This document shows, piece after piece, positions 17,228-26,628 of a stretch of DNA of 64,000 nucleotides (position 1 is the first letter of the stretch; every line of letters starts with the position of its first letter). Both the position numbers and the translations under genes were made by a program. The notes under the pieces were generated by a model that saw nothing but the letters and a program-made list of their open reading frames with translations, did not search any database and had not been told where the DNA came from. Origin of the DNA: Dehalococcoidia bacterium (GTDB lineage: Bacteria; Chloroflexota; Dehalococcoidia; Lucifugimonadales; UBA3495); NCBI GenBank assembly GCA_965215425.1, contig OZ244064.1:1116095-1180094 (forward strand). Direction: 5' to 3'.

Positions 17228-17427
17228 GCTGGACAACTGTCCGATTTCCTTCCTGCCACTGTCCAGAATATCCCGCCCAGGCCGCTGGACAACTGTCCGA
17301 TTTCCTACTTGGCGCTGTCCAGGGACGATGGAAGCTGCCCTGGAACCCAGGTGTTCGCTGCAACCGTCCGGTAGGGGGCGCTTTCCCCCGATTTCAGGTT
17401 CAATCGGACCGGATTGGACAACTGTCC
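17228..17427. promoter_or_regulatory. Operator-like repeats: two identical 23-mers plus a third 13-nt core copy
   Basis: gctggacaactgtccgatttcct occurs at 17228-17250 and 17284-17306. The core tggacaactgtcc recurs at 17415-17427. Each 23-mer is followed by ctgtccag, which forms CTGGACA/TGTCCAG inverted pairs. Confidence 0.6.
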
Positions 17428-17483
17428 ACTACTTCCAAATCCCTGTACACGGGTATGACACCACACCGCCCCCCATAAGTCCC

Positions 17484-17527
17484 ATGCCTTATATGGGGTG
17501 ACGCGCGCGTCACCCCATATAAGGCAT
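17484..17527. promoter_or_regulatory. Perfect 44-bp palindrome (candidate oriT hairpin or operator)
   Basis: atgccttatatggggtgacgcg|cgcgtcaccccatataaggcat, verified base by base. It lies 74 bp upstream of the first T4SS-arm gene. Confidence 0.6.
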
Positions 17528-17600
17528 TCCGCCCGGCCCGCCACATCGCCAGACTTGGTTGCAGAACATCCGGTCTCAAACCGACCGACAGGAGGCAACC

Positions 17601-18218
17601 ATGTTCCGGCGTTTCTTTTTCGGTTCCGGCAGAGCCAGAAGGCTGGCCCTGCTGGCGGCGGCGCTGCTGCTTTCGGCCATCGTCGCCATCCCCGCCAGCG
17701 GCGGTGCCCTGGCCCAATCCCCTCCCCCCGCCGACGACATCAGCCTGGTCAACCGGGACCGGCAGTTGGTGGAGCGCAAGAAGCACGGCGACTTCGTGGC
17801 CCGGCCCATCTTCAGCCGCCAGGTCAGCGTTCTCTACTACGCCGTCCGCCACCCGGACACCGGCGACTGGCTGACCAACACCTACCGGGTGCAGGGCGGC
17901 GAGAAGCACCTGGCCGAGGGCTGGGAGTACACCTTCGAGTACCCGGCCCTGGACGAGCAGCCCGAACTCCACCCGGAGGAGGCGTTCCTGCTGATGCTGG
18001 CCGTGCCCCGCCAGGACGGGGGCGACCACCACGTCTTCTACGCCCTGATCCCGGTCCACCAGCCCAGGGGGTTGTGGGACCGGGTGCTGGGCGCCCTGGA
18101 CCCGGACCGCTGGGCCCGGGCCGGAGCCCGGTGGGTCATCCAGGGAGTTCACGGAACCCTGTGCGGCGTGGTGCAGGGCGTGCTCCAGACGGACGTCGCC
18201 GAGTGCAGGGGAGGTTAG
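17601..18218 (+). CDS. Secreted hypothetical protein, first gene of the transfer arm
   Basis: Signal-peptide-like MFRRFFFGSGRARRLALLAAALLLSAIVAIPASGGALA. AGGAGG RBS. Confidence 0.6.
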   Translation: MFRRFFFGSGRARRLALLAAALLLSAIVAIPASGGALAQSPPPADDISLVNRDRQLVERKKHGDFVARPIFSRQVSVLYYAVRHPDTGDWLTNTYRVQGGEKHLAEGWEYTFEYPALDEQPELHPEEAFLLMLAVPRQDGGDHHVFYALIPVHQPRGLWDRVLGALDPDRWARAGARWVIQGVHGTLCGVVQGVLQTDVAECRGG

Positions 18219-18224
18219 CGAGCT

Positions 18225-19205
18225 ATGGGAGACATCCTCACCGGAACCCCGCCGGGCCTGACCTACGCCCACCCCTTCGTGCAGCAGGCGTGGTGGGCGG
18301 TTTGGGCCGTGACCACCGCCGCCCTGACGGTCATCCTGGGCTGGATGGGGCTGAGCTTCATCGTCCAGGAACACCTGGGCCGTCACCAGTCGGGCTGGCG
18401 GGAGATGGTTCCCCGCCTGGTGCTGGGACTCACCGCCGCCGCCTCGTCTCTGTGGTGGTGCGCCCTGGTCATCGACGTGGCCCACGCCGTGTCCCAGTTC
18501 ATCGCCGCCACCCTGAACGTCACCCCCGGCGACCTGCTGCGGGCGCCCCTGTTCGCATTGCTGGCCGCCGTGGAGACCGCCAGCGTCGGGTTGGCGATCT
18601 TCATCGCCCTGCTCTACCTGGTTTTCGGCTTCTTCCTGCTCTACCTGCTGGTGCAGATGATCCTGCGCCTGGCCCTGATCGACATCCTGCTGGCCCTAGC
18701 GCCCATCGCGTTGGGGCTGTGGATCCTGCCCCACACGGCGAATTGGGGCCGCCACTGGCTGCGCCTCTTTATGACGGCGGTGTTCCAGCAGGCGGTGCAG
18801 CTCATCGCCGTGGCGATGGGCTTCGCCTTCCTGGGCGAGTTCGCCGCCATCGGCGAGTTCGAGTCGGTGCAGGACCTGGTGTGGAAGCTGCTGATGGCCG
18901 TGGCCTTCATGTACCTGGCCGGGCGGGTGCCGTCGATGCTGGGGCATCACGGCACCTTCGACGCCTGGCTGCACACCCTTTACTTCGGGCTGTCCCTGCC
19001 CGGCGGGATGATGCGCTCCGCCCGGTCCCTGGGCCTGCTGGCCGGCGGAACCGCCGCTGGAGGACCCGTCGGAGCGGGCGCGGCGGCAGGGGCAGCGGCG
19101 GCATCCGGCGCGGCCTCCACCGCCGGGGGCGCCGTCAACTCGGCAGCCCAGAACAGCACCGCCCCGGCCCAGGGCGGACCCACGCCCCGCAGCCAGGGGC
19201 CGTAG
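18225..19205 (+). CDS. Polytopic membrane protein, TrbL/VirB6-like
   Basis: At least 6 hydrophobic helices, a Gly/Ala-rich tail, and a position inside the T4SS operon. GGGGAGG RBS. Confidence 0.65.
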   Translation: MGDILTGTPPGLTYAHPFVQQAWWAVWAVTTAALTVILGWMGLSFIVQEHLGRHQSGWREMVPRLVLGLTAAASSLWWCALVIDVAHAVSQFIAATLNVTPGDLLRAPLFALLAAVETASVGLAIFIALLYLVFGFFLLYLLVQMILRLALIDILLALAPIALGLWILPHTANWGRHWLRLFMTAVFQQAVQLIAVAMGFAFLGEFAAIGEFESVQDLVWKLLMAVAFMYLAGRVPSMLGHHGTFDAWLHTLYFGLSLPGGMMRSARSLGLLAGGTAAGGPVGAGAAAGAAAASGAASTAGGAVNSAAQNSTAPAQGGPTPRSQGP

Positions 19206-19347
19206 CCGAAATCACGACAACCGGGCGGCGTAGACCCGTTCCGCGCCGTCCAGCCCCCGGGAGGTGAGCCATGTGCCAGTAAGGACGAGGACCAACCCGA
19301 CCGAAAGCGGACCGACAAGTCAAACAAGCGAAAAGGAGAAGAACTCT

Positions 19348-19659
19348 ATGGACGACCTGACCCAGACCATATCGAACCTGGTGGGCATCCTGCTGGGGCT
19401 GGTGGGCGTCGTGGGCGTGGGCTACTTCATCTACGGGGCCTACCTGTACCTCACCGCCTCCGGCGCGCCCAACCAGATGGAGCGGGGCAAGAGCGCCATG
19501 ATGACCGCCCTGGCCGGCATCGTGCTGGCCCTGGTGGCCTACGGCGTGGTGGAGCTGGTGATGAACGCGGTGGTGGGCAACCCGGTGGACCCCAGCGTGC
19601 CCGACCCCACCACCGGCGGCGCTCTGGAAGCCACCCCGGAACCTGACCCGGGCAGCTAG
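19348..19659 (+). CDS. Small T4SS pilin-like protein (VirB2/TrbC-like, two helices)
   Basis: 103 aa with two TM helices flanking ASGAPNQMERGKS. AAGGAG RBS. Confidence 0.55.
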   Translation: MDDLTQTISNLVGILLGLVGVVGVGYFIYGAYLYLTASGAPNQMERGKSAMMTALAGIVLALVAYGVVELVMNAVVGNPVDPSVPDPTTGGALEATPEPDPGS

Positions 19660-19669
19660 GAGGGAAGGC

Positions 19670-21274
19670 ATGAGAGATCACGAAGTTCCCACCCACGTGC
19701 AGGCCGAGGACAGGGCGCTGCTGTGGTTCACCTTCCCCCAGGTCGTGGCGGTGGTGGCGACCTGCGCCCTGGCCTACGGGGTCTATCGCTACTTCCTCCT
19801 CGGCCCCTCGGGGTTCAAGTTGGGGCTGGCCATCCTGCTGGGTATCCTGGGCGTCGCCATGACCGTGGGCAGGGTGGGAGGCCGGGGGCTGCCGTTGGTG
19901 GCCGCCGACCTGCTGAAGTTCCACCTGGGGGCCCGGCGCTACGCCGGGTGTCCGGCGGAGCTGGCGGCCAGCGAGCCGCCCCCGCAGCCCGAGGCCAGGC
20001 CCGACCCGCTGCGGCTGTTGGCGAAGAAGGCCGCCTCCGGCGTGGGCCGGGCGGTGAAGGCGGCGCGGAAGAAGGGGCAGCGTCCCTTCCGGCCCCACGG
20101 CTGGTTCGGCAAGCGGCGACACGCCCGGGACGGGGACAAGGCCAAGCAGAACATCCGGGAGACCCATGGCCGGAAACCCTGGTACAAGTTGCTGGCATTG
20201 GCCGGACTGTTGGCGCTGACCCTGGTGACGATTCCAGGAACGGCCCTGGCCGACGACCCGGACGAGGGCTACGGCGACGCCTGGCGGCTGGACGAAATCT
20301 ACTTCCAGCCGCCGGACCCGGTTCCCGGACGCCGCGTCTACGTCGAGAGGCTGGCGGTGTCCGGCGACACCGCCGCCGTCACCCTGCGGGCGGCCCACGA
20401 CCTGGACCTGAAGGGGCGGGTCTTCGGCGGCAGTACGGGCAAGACCTTGAAGATGAGCTTCAACACCAGCCTGCGGGAAGGGGAAGCCAGGAGCTACAAC
20501 CTGACCCTGAACGGCCCGTCGCCGTCCTTCACCTTCTCCTGGCAGGACCCATTGGGCTTTTCCGGTGCCGCGTCCCTGAAGAGCCACCAGATCCCCTACC
20601 CCCTGCCCTCCGCCGACGGGGAGCTGTGCGACCTGGAGGTCGCCTCCCTGGAGTGGACGCCGGGCAGCATCAGGGGCGTCATCGCCTCGGAGTGCATCAC
20701 CGAGACCAGGCACGAGGAGGACCTGGCGGTTTACGGCGGCCACTTCAGCCAGTCCGTCCCCGCGATGCTGGACGCCACCGTGACTGGCATTGCCGGAACG
20801 GTCACCGTCCGGTGGGGAGGCCACGCCGCAAGCGTGTCCTTTGTGCCCGACGGCGAGACTATCTTCACCCTGCCCGTGGCGAACCGGAGAGCGGCCAACG
20901 ACCTGGAAATCACGGCGGAGCTGACCGCGACCCTGAACGTCCCCCGGCCGCCCATGTTGCAGACCGTTCACCACCCGGCAAGGACCGACGTGCACACCCG
21001 CCGGGTGAGGTGCAGTTGCGGCGAAAGCAGCTATACCAAGACGGTGCGCGTCTACGTCCACCACCCGGAGCACGTGCGGGCGACCGAGCACCAGCGCGCC
21101 GACGTAACCCGCACCCGGCCGGAGAGCGTCCCTCTGCCGCCCGGCCTCGGCGTCTGGGCCGACGACCCCTACCAGGTCCTCTACGTGCCCCCGCCCAAGC
21201 CCCCGCCGCCCAAGGTGGAGCAGACCCCCGTGGGCGGTTCCAACTGGTGGAGCTGGCTATGGCGGAGAGACTGA
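19670..21274 (+). CDS. PrgI/VirB3-like membrane protein fused to a roughly 400-aa extracytoplasmic domain
   Basis: The N-terminus VPTHVQAEDRALLWFTFPQVVAVV plus two TM helices resembles the PrgI family. The C-terminal part has no recognisable motif. Confidence 0.55.
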   Translation: MRDHEVPTHVQAEDRALLWFTFPQVVAVVATCALAYGVYRYFLLGPSGFKLGLAILLGILGVAMTVGRVGGRGLPLVAADLLKFHLGARRYAGCPAELAASEPPPQPEARPDPLRLLAKKAASGVGRAVKAARKKGQRPFRPHGWFGKRRHARDGDKAKQNIRETHGRKPWYKLLALAGLLALTLVTIPGTALADDPDEGYGDAWRLDEIYFQPPDPVPGRRVYVERLAVSGDTAAVTLRAAHDLDLKGRVFGGSTGKTLKMSFNTSLREGEARSYNLTLNGPSPSFTFSWQDPLGFSGAASLKSHQIPYPLPSADGELCDLEVASLEWTPGSIRGVIASECITETRHEEDLAVYGGHFSQSVPAMLDATVTGIAGTVTVRWGGHAASVSFVPDGETIFTLPVANRRAANDLEITAELTATLNVPRPPMLQTVHHPARTDVHTRRVRCSCGESSYTKTVRVYVHHPEHVRATEHQRADVTRTRPESVPLPPGLGVWADDPYQVLYVPPPKPPPPKVEQTPVGGSNWWSWLWRRD

Positions 21275-21591
21275 CCGCCCTGCTGCTGTCCTCCCTTGCG
21301 GCGCTGGCGACGGTGGCCGCCGCGCTGCAGCAGGACGAGATGGACAGCCTCACCGCCGCCTTCGACGCGGTTCTCACCGGCATGGCCTACGTGGGGGCGG
21401 GCCTGTGCTTCTTCGCCATCGTCTGGGCGGGATTCGTCCTGATGGCCGAGGGCGCCGAGGGGGAGGGCCGGGGCAGTAGAGCGCGCAACGCCGTAATCAT
21501 GGCCGTGGTCGGCCTGGTGGTGGTGCTGCTGGCCAAGGCCATCGCCTTCGGCATCATCGGCAAGATCATTACCGTCCTGCCCGGCTCATAG
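21259..21591 (+). CDS. Second small T4SS pilin-like protein
   Basis: 110 aa with a signal-like N-terminus and two helices flanking AEGAEGEGRGSRARN. Overlaps the upstream gene by 16 nt. Confidence 0.5.
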   Translation: MAERLTALLLSSLAALATVAAALQQDEMDSLTAAFDAVLTGMAYVGAGLCFFAIVWAGFVLMAEGAEGEGRGSRARNAVIMAVVGLVVVLLAKAIAFGIIGKIITVLPGS

Positions 21592-21611
21592 AAACACGAA
21601 AGGAGTTGTGA

Positions 21612-23855
21612 ATGACGAAACTGACGCTACCCAACCCGAACCACCTGAAGGACCTGGCCCGGCGCTGGCCGCCGGGCCGGTCCCGACCCCAGGACCTTGA
21701 AGAAGCGCCGGCGGAACCCAAGCCGCCGCCCCCGTTGTCCCTGTTCTTCATGCTGTCCCACCTGGAGGACGACGGCCCGGTGCGGCTGGACGGGGTGAAG
21801 CTGGCCGTCATGGAAGTGATGGGGCTGGAGCTGGACGAACCCAAGCTGGGCGCCTTCGCCGGTTCCCTGAACGCCGTGGACTTCCCGGTGCAACTGCTGT
21901 TAAGGCAGCACCCGCCGGTGCTGAAAGGCTTGAAGGACAAGCTGGCCGAGGCCCAGCCCGAAGACCTGCCCCGCCAGACGAAGGACGCCGCCGACAGCCT
22001 GGGGCGGCTGTTGACCACCCTGGAAACCCGCGAAGGCATCCTGGACCGGCGCTTCTACGCCGTCTGCGAGTACACCCGCGCCGACGAACTGCGCGGCCTC
22101 CTGGCCCGAGCCGGTTTGGGGGTGTTTCCCCTGAACGGCGAGCCGTTGCGGTTGCTCTGGCTGTCCACCGCCCTGGGCGGGTCGCCCAACGAAAGGAATG
22201 AGGACGAGGAACTTTCTGTCGAGGTGAACCGGCGCGACATCCGCATCGGCGGGCGCCTGACCCGCTCCCTGCACCTGGGCAAGTGGCCCCGCTCCCTGGC
22301 CCCCGGCTTCCTGCAAGGGCTGATGGCCGCCGGCGCGCCCATGGACCTGTCGGTGCATTTGGGCGCCATCCCCACGGAGCAGGCGGCCCGCACCCTGGAG
22401 TGGCAGAAGGTCCGCTTCGAGTCGGCGCAATCGCTGTCCTTCAAGCGGGGCCGGTCCCTGTCGCCCGAGGCGGAGATCGCGTTGGAAGACGTGAGCCGCC
22501 TGCGCGACGAGGTGCAGCGGGGCCGGGAAAGGCTGTTCCACGCTTCCCTGTCGGTGACGCTCCACGCCGAAGACGCGGACACCCTGAAGGACCTGACCCA
22601 GAAGTCCCGGGCCCACTTCGCCGCCACGTTGGGAAAGCTGGACAACCTGGACTTCCGGCAAAGGGAGGGGCTGCTTTCGACGTTGCCCCTGGGCCTGAAC
22701 GCCGTGGCGGTGTGGCGGACGCTGGACACCTCCAGCCTGGCGCGGCTGTTCCCCTTCTCGCCGCCGGACCTGGACACCCGTTCCGGCACCCTCTACGGCA
22801 TCGACCTGCGGGCCTGCGCTCCCATAGTCTATGACCCCTTCGACGGCACCCACCTCAACGCGAACACCGCCGTCCTGGCGCGGTCGGGTTCGGGTAAATC
22901 ATTCGCGACCAAGCTGGGAGTATTGCGGGGTCTGTGCCGGGGAGTGCGGGCCTACGTCATCGACCCGGAGGGCGAGTACACCGACATGGCGAGGGCGGCG
23001 GGCGGGCGCGTCCTGTCCCCCGGCGTTCCGGGCCAGGGCCTGAACCCCTTTGTCATCGACCGGGGCGACAGCGAAGAACAGTTGCAGCGCATCGGCAGCC
23101 TGCGCCGGTTGATCGAGGTGATGGTGGGGGAACGCTTGAGCGCCGAGCGCCGTTCCAGCCTGGACCACGCCCTGGCCTCCTACTACGCCCAGCGCCGGGA
23201 GCGCACCGGCTTCCGGGATTTCTACGCCTACCTGGAAGGGGAGACCCCGGACATCGCCCATCTGCTGCGCCCCTTCGCCACCGGCAGCCTGCGGGACCTG
23301 CTTTCCGACGAGGGCGACGACCTGCTGGCCCACGAAGCCCTGGTGACGGTGTTCGATTTGCACCTGCTGGAACCGGAACTGCGTCCCGCTGCCGCGATGG
23401 TCTGCACCGAGACGGTGTGGGCCGCCGCCGCCCAGGACCCCCGGCCCAGGCTGCTGGTGGTGGACGAGGTGTGGAGCATCATGCAGCACCCGGAAGGGGC
23501 CGCCTTCATGGTCAGCATGGCGAAACGGGCCCGCAAGCACCGCCTGGGGTTGCAGTTCATCACCCAGGACGTGCAGGACCTTCTCAGCGAGGACTCCTCG
23601 CGGGCCATCACCGGACACAGCGGCCGGGCGCTGTTGCAGAACGCCGCCTTCAAGCTGCTGTTGCAACAGGACGCGGCGGCGGTGAGCGCCGTGGGCGAAG
23701 CCTTCGACCTGCCGGTGGAACTGCAACGCTGGCTTTTGTCCTGTCCACGCGGTGACGGGCTGCTGCTGGCGCGGGGCAACCGCTTCCCCGTCCGCATCGA
23801 GGCCACGCCGGAGGAGACCGAGGTAATCGAGTGGCGGCCCGGACCCAGGCATTAA
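21612..23855 (+). CDS. VirB4/TraC-family conjugation ATPase
   Basis: Walker A ARSGSGKSF, Walker B LLVVDEVWS, and typical size and order in the operon. Confidence 0.9.
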   Translation: MTKLTLPNPNHLKDLARRWPPGRSRPQDLEEAPAEPKPPPPLSLFFMLSHLEDDGPVRLDGVKLAVMEVMGLELDEPKLGAFAGSLNAVDFPVQLLLRQHPPVLKGLKDKLAEAQPEDLPRQTKDAADSLGRLLTTLETREGILDRRFYAVCEYTRADELRGLLARAGLGVFPLNGEPLRLLWLSTALGGSPNERNEDEELSVEVNRRDIRIGGRLTRSLHLGKWPRSLAPGFLQGLMAAGAPMDLSVHLGAIPTEQAARTLEWQKVRFESAQSLSFKRGRSLSPEAEIALEDVSRLRDEVQRGRERLFHASLSVTLHAEDADTLKDLTQKSRAHFAATLGKLDNLDFRQREGLLSTLPLGLNAVAVWRTLDTSSLARLFPFSPPDLDTRSGTLYGIDLRACAPIVYDPFDGTHLNANTAVLARSGSGKSFATKLGVLRGLCRGVRAYVIDPEGEYTDMARAAGGRVLSPGVPGQGLNPFVIDRGDSEEQLQRIGSLRRLIEVMVGERLSAERRSSLDHALASYYAQRRERTGFRDFYAYLEGETPDIAHLLRPFATGSLRDLLSDEGDDLLAHEALVTVFDLHLLEPELRPAAAMVCTETVWAAAAQDPRPRLLVVDEVWSIMQHPEGAAFMVSMAKRARKHRLGLQFITQDVQDLLSEDSSRAITGHSGRALLQNAAFKLLLQQDAAAVSAVGEAFDLPVELQRWLLSCPRGDGLLLARGNRFPVRIEATPEETEVIEWRPGPRH

Positions 23856-23913
23856 CCGGGAGTAACCCATGATCACGACACCCAACCCGATAGGAGTTGA
23901 AAGGAAGGAAGAT

Positions 23914-26628
23914 ATGAATTTGAACCTGAACCCAAGACGGATACTATTCGGCAACCGCAGGTCCAGCGCCCCGGTGCTGCTGGCGGTGACGCCGCCCCGC
24001 ACCGGCGAGCGCACCATGCTGGGCGTGGAGAACCTGCTCCAGTCCATCGCCGTCCCCGAACCCTTCGCCCTGGAACTGGCCGGCGCCGCCGACGGCGTGA
24101 CCCTGCTGGCCCGCTGCCTGGACCGCGAGGTGGTCAGGGGGCAACTGGCCGCCCACTACCCCCAGGCCCGCATCCAGGAGGTTGACCCAGAGGACGACCC
24201 CATCTTCGTCCACCGGGGCGAGGAGGCGTGGGGGATGACCCTGCGCGCCTCCGGCCCCGACTACGTGCCGCTGCGCACCTTCCGGGACGACGACCTGCTG
24301 GACCCGGGTTCCGACCCCCTCATCGCCATCATCGGCGCCCTGTCCAACCTGAAGGACGGCGAGCGGGTCCTGGCCCGGCTGCTGCTGCGCTCTCTTGGTC
24401 CCGACTGGTCCCAGGCCCACCAGCAGAAAGCCTTCAGAAACCCCGGCCACCAGCGCCCCGACCCCTCCTACACCTACCAGACCCGGCCCCTGCAACTGGA
24501 CGGCGTGACCATGGCCGTCCTGGGCGTGGGGGCGCTGGCGGCCCTGCGGGGCTACCTGTGGGTCCAGGACGGCGAGATCTGGAAGGCCGCGCTTTTGGGC
24601 ATCGGCTCCGCCCTGGGCCTGGCCGTGGCCGGCTGGGGCTGGTGGCGCTGGAAGCAGGCCCGCAACCGCGTTTACGACCCCCTGATCATCAAGGAGAAGG
24701 TGGCCCGCATCGCCTTCGACGGCGAACTGGAGATCATCGCCGTGCTGCCCGAGGCCGGCGACCCTGGGACGGGCCTGAAACGGGCCAAGGAGGTGCTGGA
24801 GCCGGTGGCCGCCGCCTACCGACACTACGACCACCCCGCTGGAGCGCGCTTCAAGGCGAGCCGGGTCAGGCCCATCGTTCCCGTGATGAACCTCCATCCG
24901 ACCGGGCCGGGGCTGTTCGGCAAGCGCAGCGTCCTGGGCGTCCGCGAGGCGGCGGCCCTTTGGCACCCGCCCGGCGCCCGGGACGAGACGCCCCTCCTGG
25001 AACGCTCCGGCTCCCGGGCGCTGCTGCCCTCGGCCCGGGGCGTCCGGGGCGGCGCCCTGGTGGGCGACACCACGGCGGGCCGTCCCCGGGAGATACGCTT
25101 CCCCGAGGACCTGCTGCGCCGCCACCACCTCTACGTGGCCCGCACCCGCATGGGCAAGTCCACCCTGATGCACCACGTCGTTACCCACAAGCTCCGGGAG
25201 AAGGCGGCGGGCCGGGACCACGACGCCATCGTGGTCATCGACCCCCACGCCGACCTGGTGGGCGCCCTGCTGGAGCAGGTGCCGGAGTCCATCGCCGACC
25301 GGGTGAAGCTCATCGACCTGGCCGACCCCCGTGGCTTTCCAGGCATCAACCTGCTGGACGCCCGCATCTTCGCCGACCGCGACCGCGCCGCCGACTCGGT
25401 GGTGCGCGTCGCCCACGGCCTGTGGGACCAGTGGGGGCCGAGGATGCAGTCCATCCTGGAGCACACGGTGAAGAGCCTTCACGAGGCCAACCGCCACCCG
25501 GCCACCGCCGACGACGAGCAGTTCACCCTCCTGGACGGCCTGCCCCTGCTGTCCGACGACAACTACCGCACCGGCGTCCTGACCCGGGTCTCCGACCAAT
25601 TCATCATGGACTGGTGGGGCGGCATCTTCGCCAACTGGCGAAGGGACTACCAGGGCGACGCCCTGGCCCCGGTGCAGACCAGGCTGTCCTACTACGCCTC
25701 CTCGGAGACGGCCCGGGCCATCATCGGCCAGCCCCGCTCCACCATCGACCTGCGCCGGACCATCCGGGAGGGCGGCATCCTGCTGGTGTCCACCGCCCAG
25801 GGCGCGGTGGGCCGCGACGTGGCCGCCCTGGTGGGCGCGTCTTTGCTGAACCTGGTGGACGCCGTGATCCGGGAGCAGGGCGCCCTGCCGCCGGAGGAAC
25901 GCCGGGGCGCGCTGGTAGTGGTGGACGAGATGCAGTCCATGCCCGGCGTGGACTACGAAAGCATGTTGTCCGAGTTGGGCAAGTTCGGCGCGTCCTTCAT
26001 TCTTGCCACCCAGAGCCTGGCCAAGCTGGACGACCTGTCCCGCACCATGCGCGACACCATCCTGGCCAACGTGGGTTGCCTGGCCGCCTTCCAGGTGGCC
26101 GGCAGCGACGCCCGGCAACTGGTGTGGGAGCTGGGCAAGGACCGGGTGTCCGAGGACGACATCGTGTCCCTGGACGTGCACCACTGCTACGTCCGCGCCA
26201 CCGCGGGCACGGAGCGGATGCCGCCCTTCTCCATGATGGTGCGCCGGCCCGAGCCGGGCAGCCTGGCCGTGGCCCGGCGCATCCGCGACGGCGCGTTGGC
26301 GTACATCACGCCAGCGGCGGAGATCGCCGCCCAGCAGGAGCAGGGCCGGCGGCGGGTGGAGGAGTTCCGCAAGGAAGTGGAGCGCATCCGCCAGAGCCAG
26401 AACCCGCCGGACCAGAAACAACAGCCCGCCCCCAAGGACCTGGGCCGGGACGGGCAGCGCAGCAAGCACTTCCAGCCGCCCACCGGAGCGCCGAAGCCGG
26501 AGGAACCGGACAATGAGCAGTCCGGCTCGGAGGGTGAGGCGGAGAGCGGCGAGGAGAACGTCAGCGAGTACCGCCGATTGCTGCTTGAGCGCCAGCAGGA
26601 CGCCTCGGAAGGGGAGGACGGCGAATGA
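23914..26628 (+). CDS. Type IV coupling protein (VirD4/TraD/TraG-like, FtsK/HerA superfamily)
   Basis: N-terminal TM helices, Walker A ARTRMGKST, Walker B ALVVVDEMQS. AGGAAGG RBS before the ATG at 23914. Confidence 0.8.
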   Translation: MNLNLNPRRILFGNRRSSAPVLLAVTPPRTGERTMLGVENLLQSIAVPEPFALELAGAADGVTLLARCLDREVVRGQLAAHYPQARIQEVDPEDDPIFVHRGEEAWGMTLRASGPDYVPLRTFRDDDLLDPGSDPLIAIIGALSNLKDGERVLARLLLRSLGPDWSQAHQQKAFRNPGHQRPDPSYTYQTRPLQLDGVTMAVLGVGALAALRGYLWVQDGEIWKAALLGIGSALGLAVAGWGWWRWKQARNRVYDPLIIKEKVARIAFDGELEIIAVLPEAGDPGTGLKRAKEVLEPVAAAYRHYDHPAGARFKASRVRPIVPVMNLHPTGPGLFGKRSVLGVREAAALWHPPGARDETPLLERSGSRALLPSARGVRGGALVGDTTAGRPREIRFPEDLLRRHHLYVARTRMGKSTLMHHVVTHKLREKAAGRDHDAIVVIDPHADLVGALLEQVPESIADRVKLIDLADPRGFPGINLLDARIFADRDRAADSVVRVAHGLWDQWGPRMQSILEHTVKSLHEANRHPATADDEQFTLLDGLPLLSDDNYRTGVLTRVSDQFIMDWWGGIFANWRRDYQGDALAPVQTRLSYYASSETARAIIGQPRSTIDLRRTIREGGILLVSTAQGAVGRDVAALVGASLLNLVDAVIREQGALPPEERRGALVVVDEMQSMPGVDYESMLSELGKFGASFILATQSLAKLDDLSRTMRDTILANVGCLAAFQVAGSDARQLVWELGKDRVSEDDIVSLDVHHCYVRATAGTERMPPFSMMVRRPEPGSLAVARRIRDGALAYITPAAEIAAQQEQGRRRVEEFRKEVERIRQSQNPPDQKQQPAPKDLGRDGQRSKHFQPPTGAPKPEEPDNEQSGSEGEAESGEENVSEYRRLLLERQQDASEGEDGE

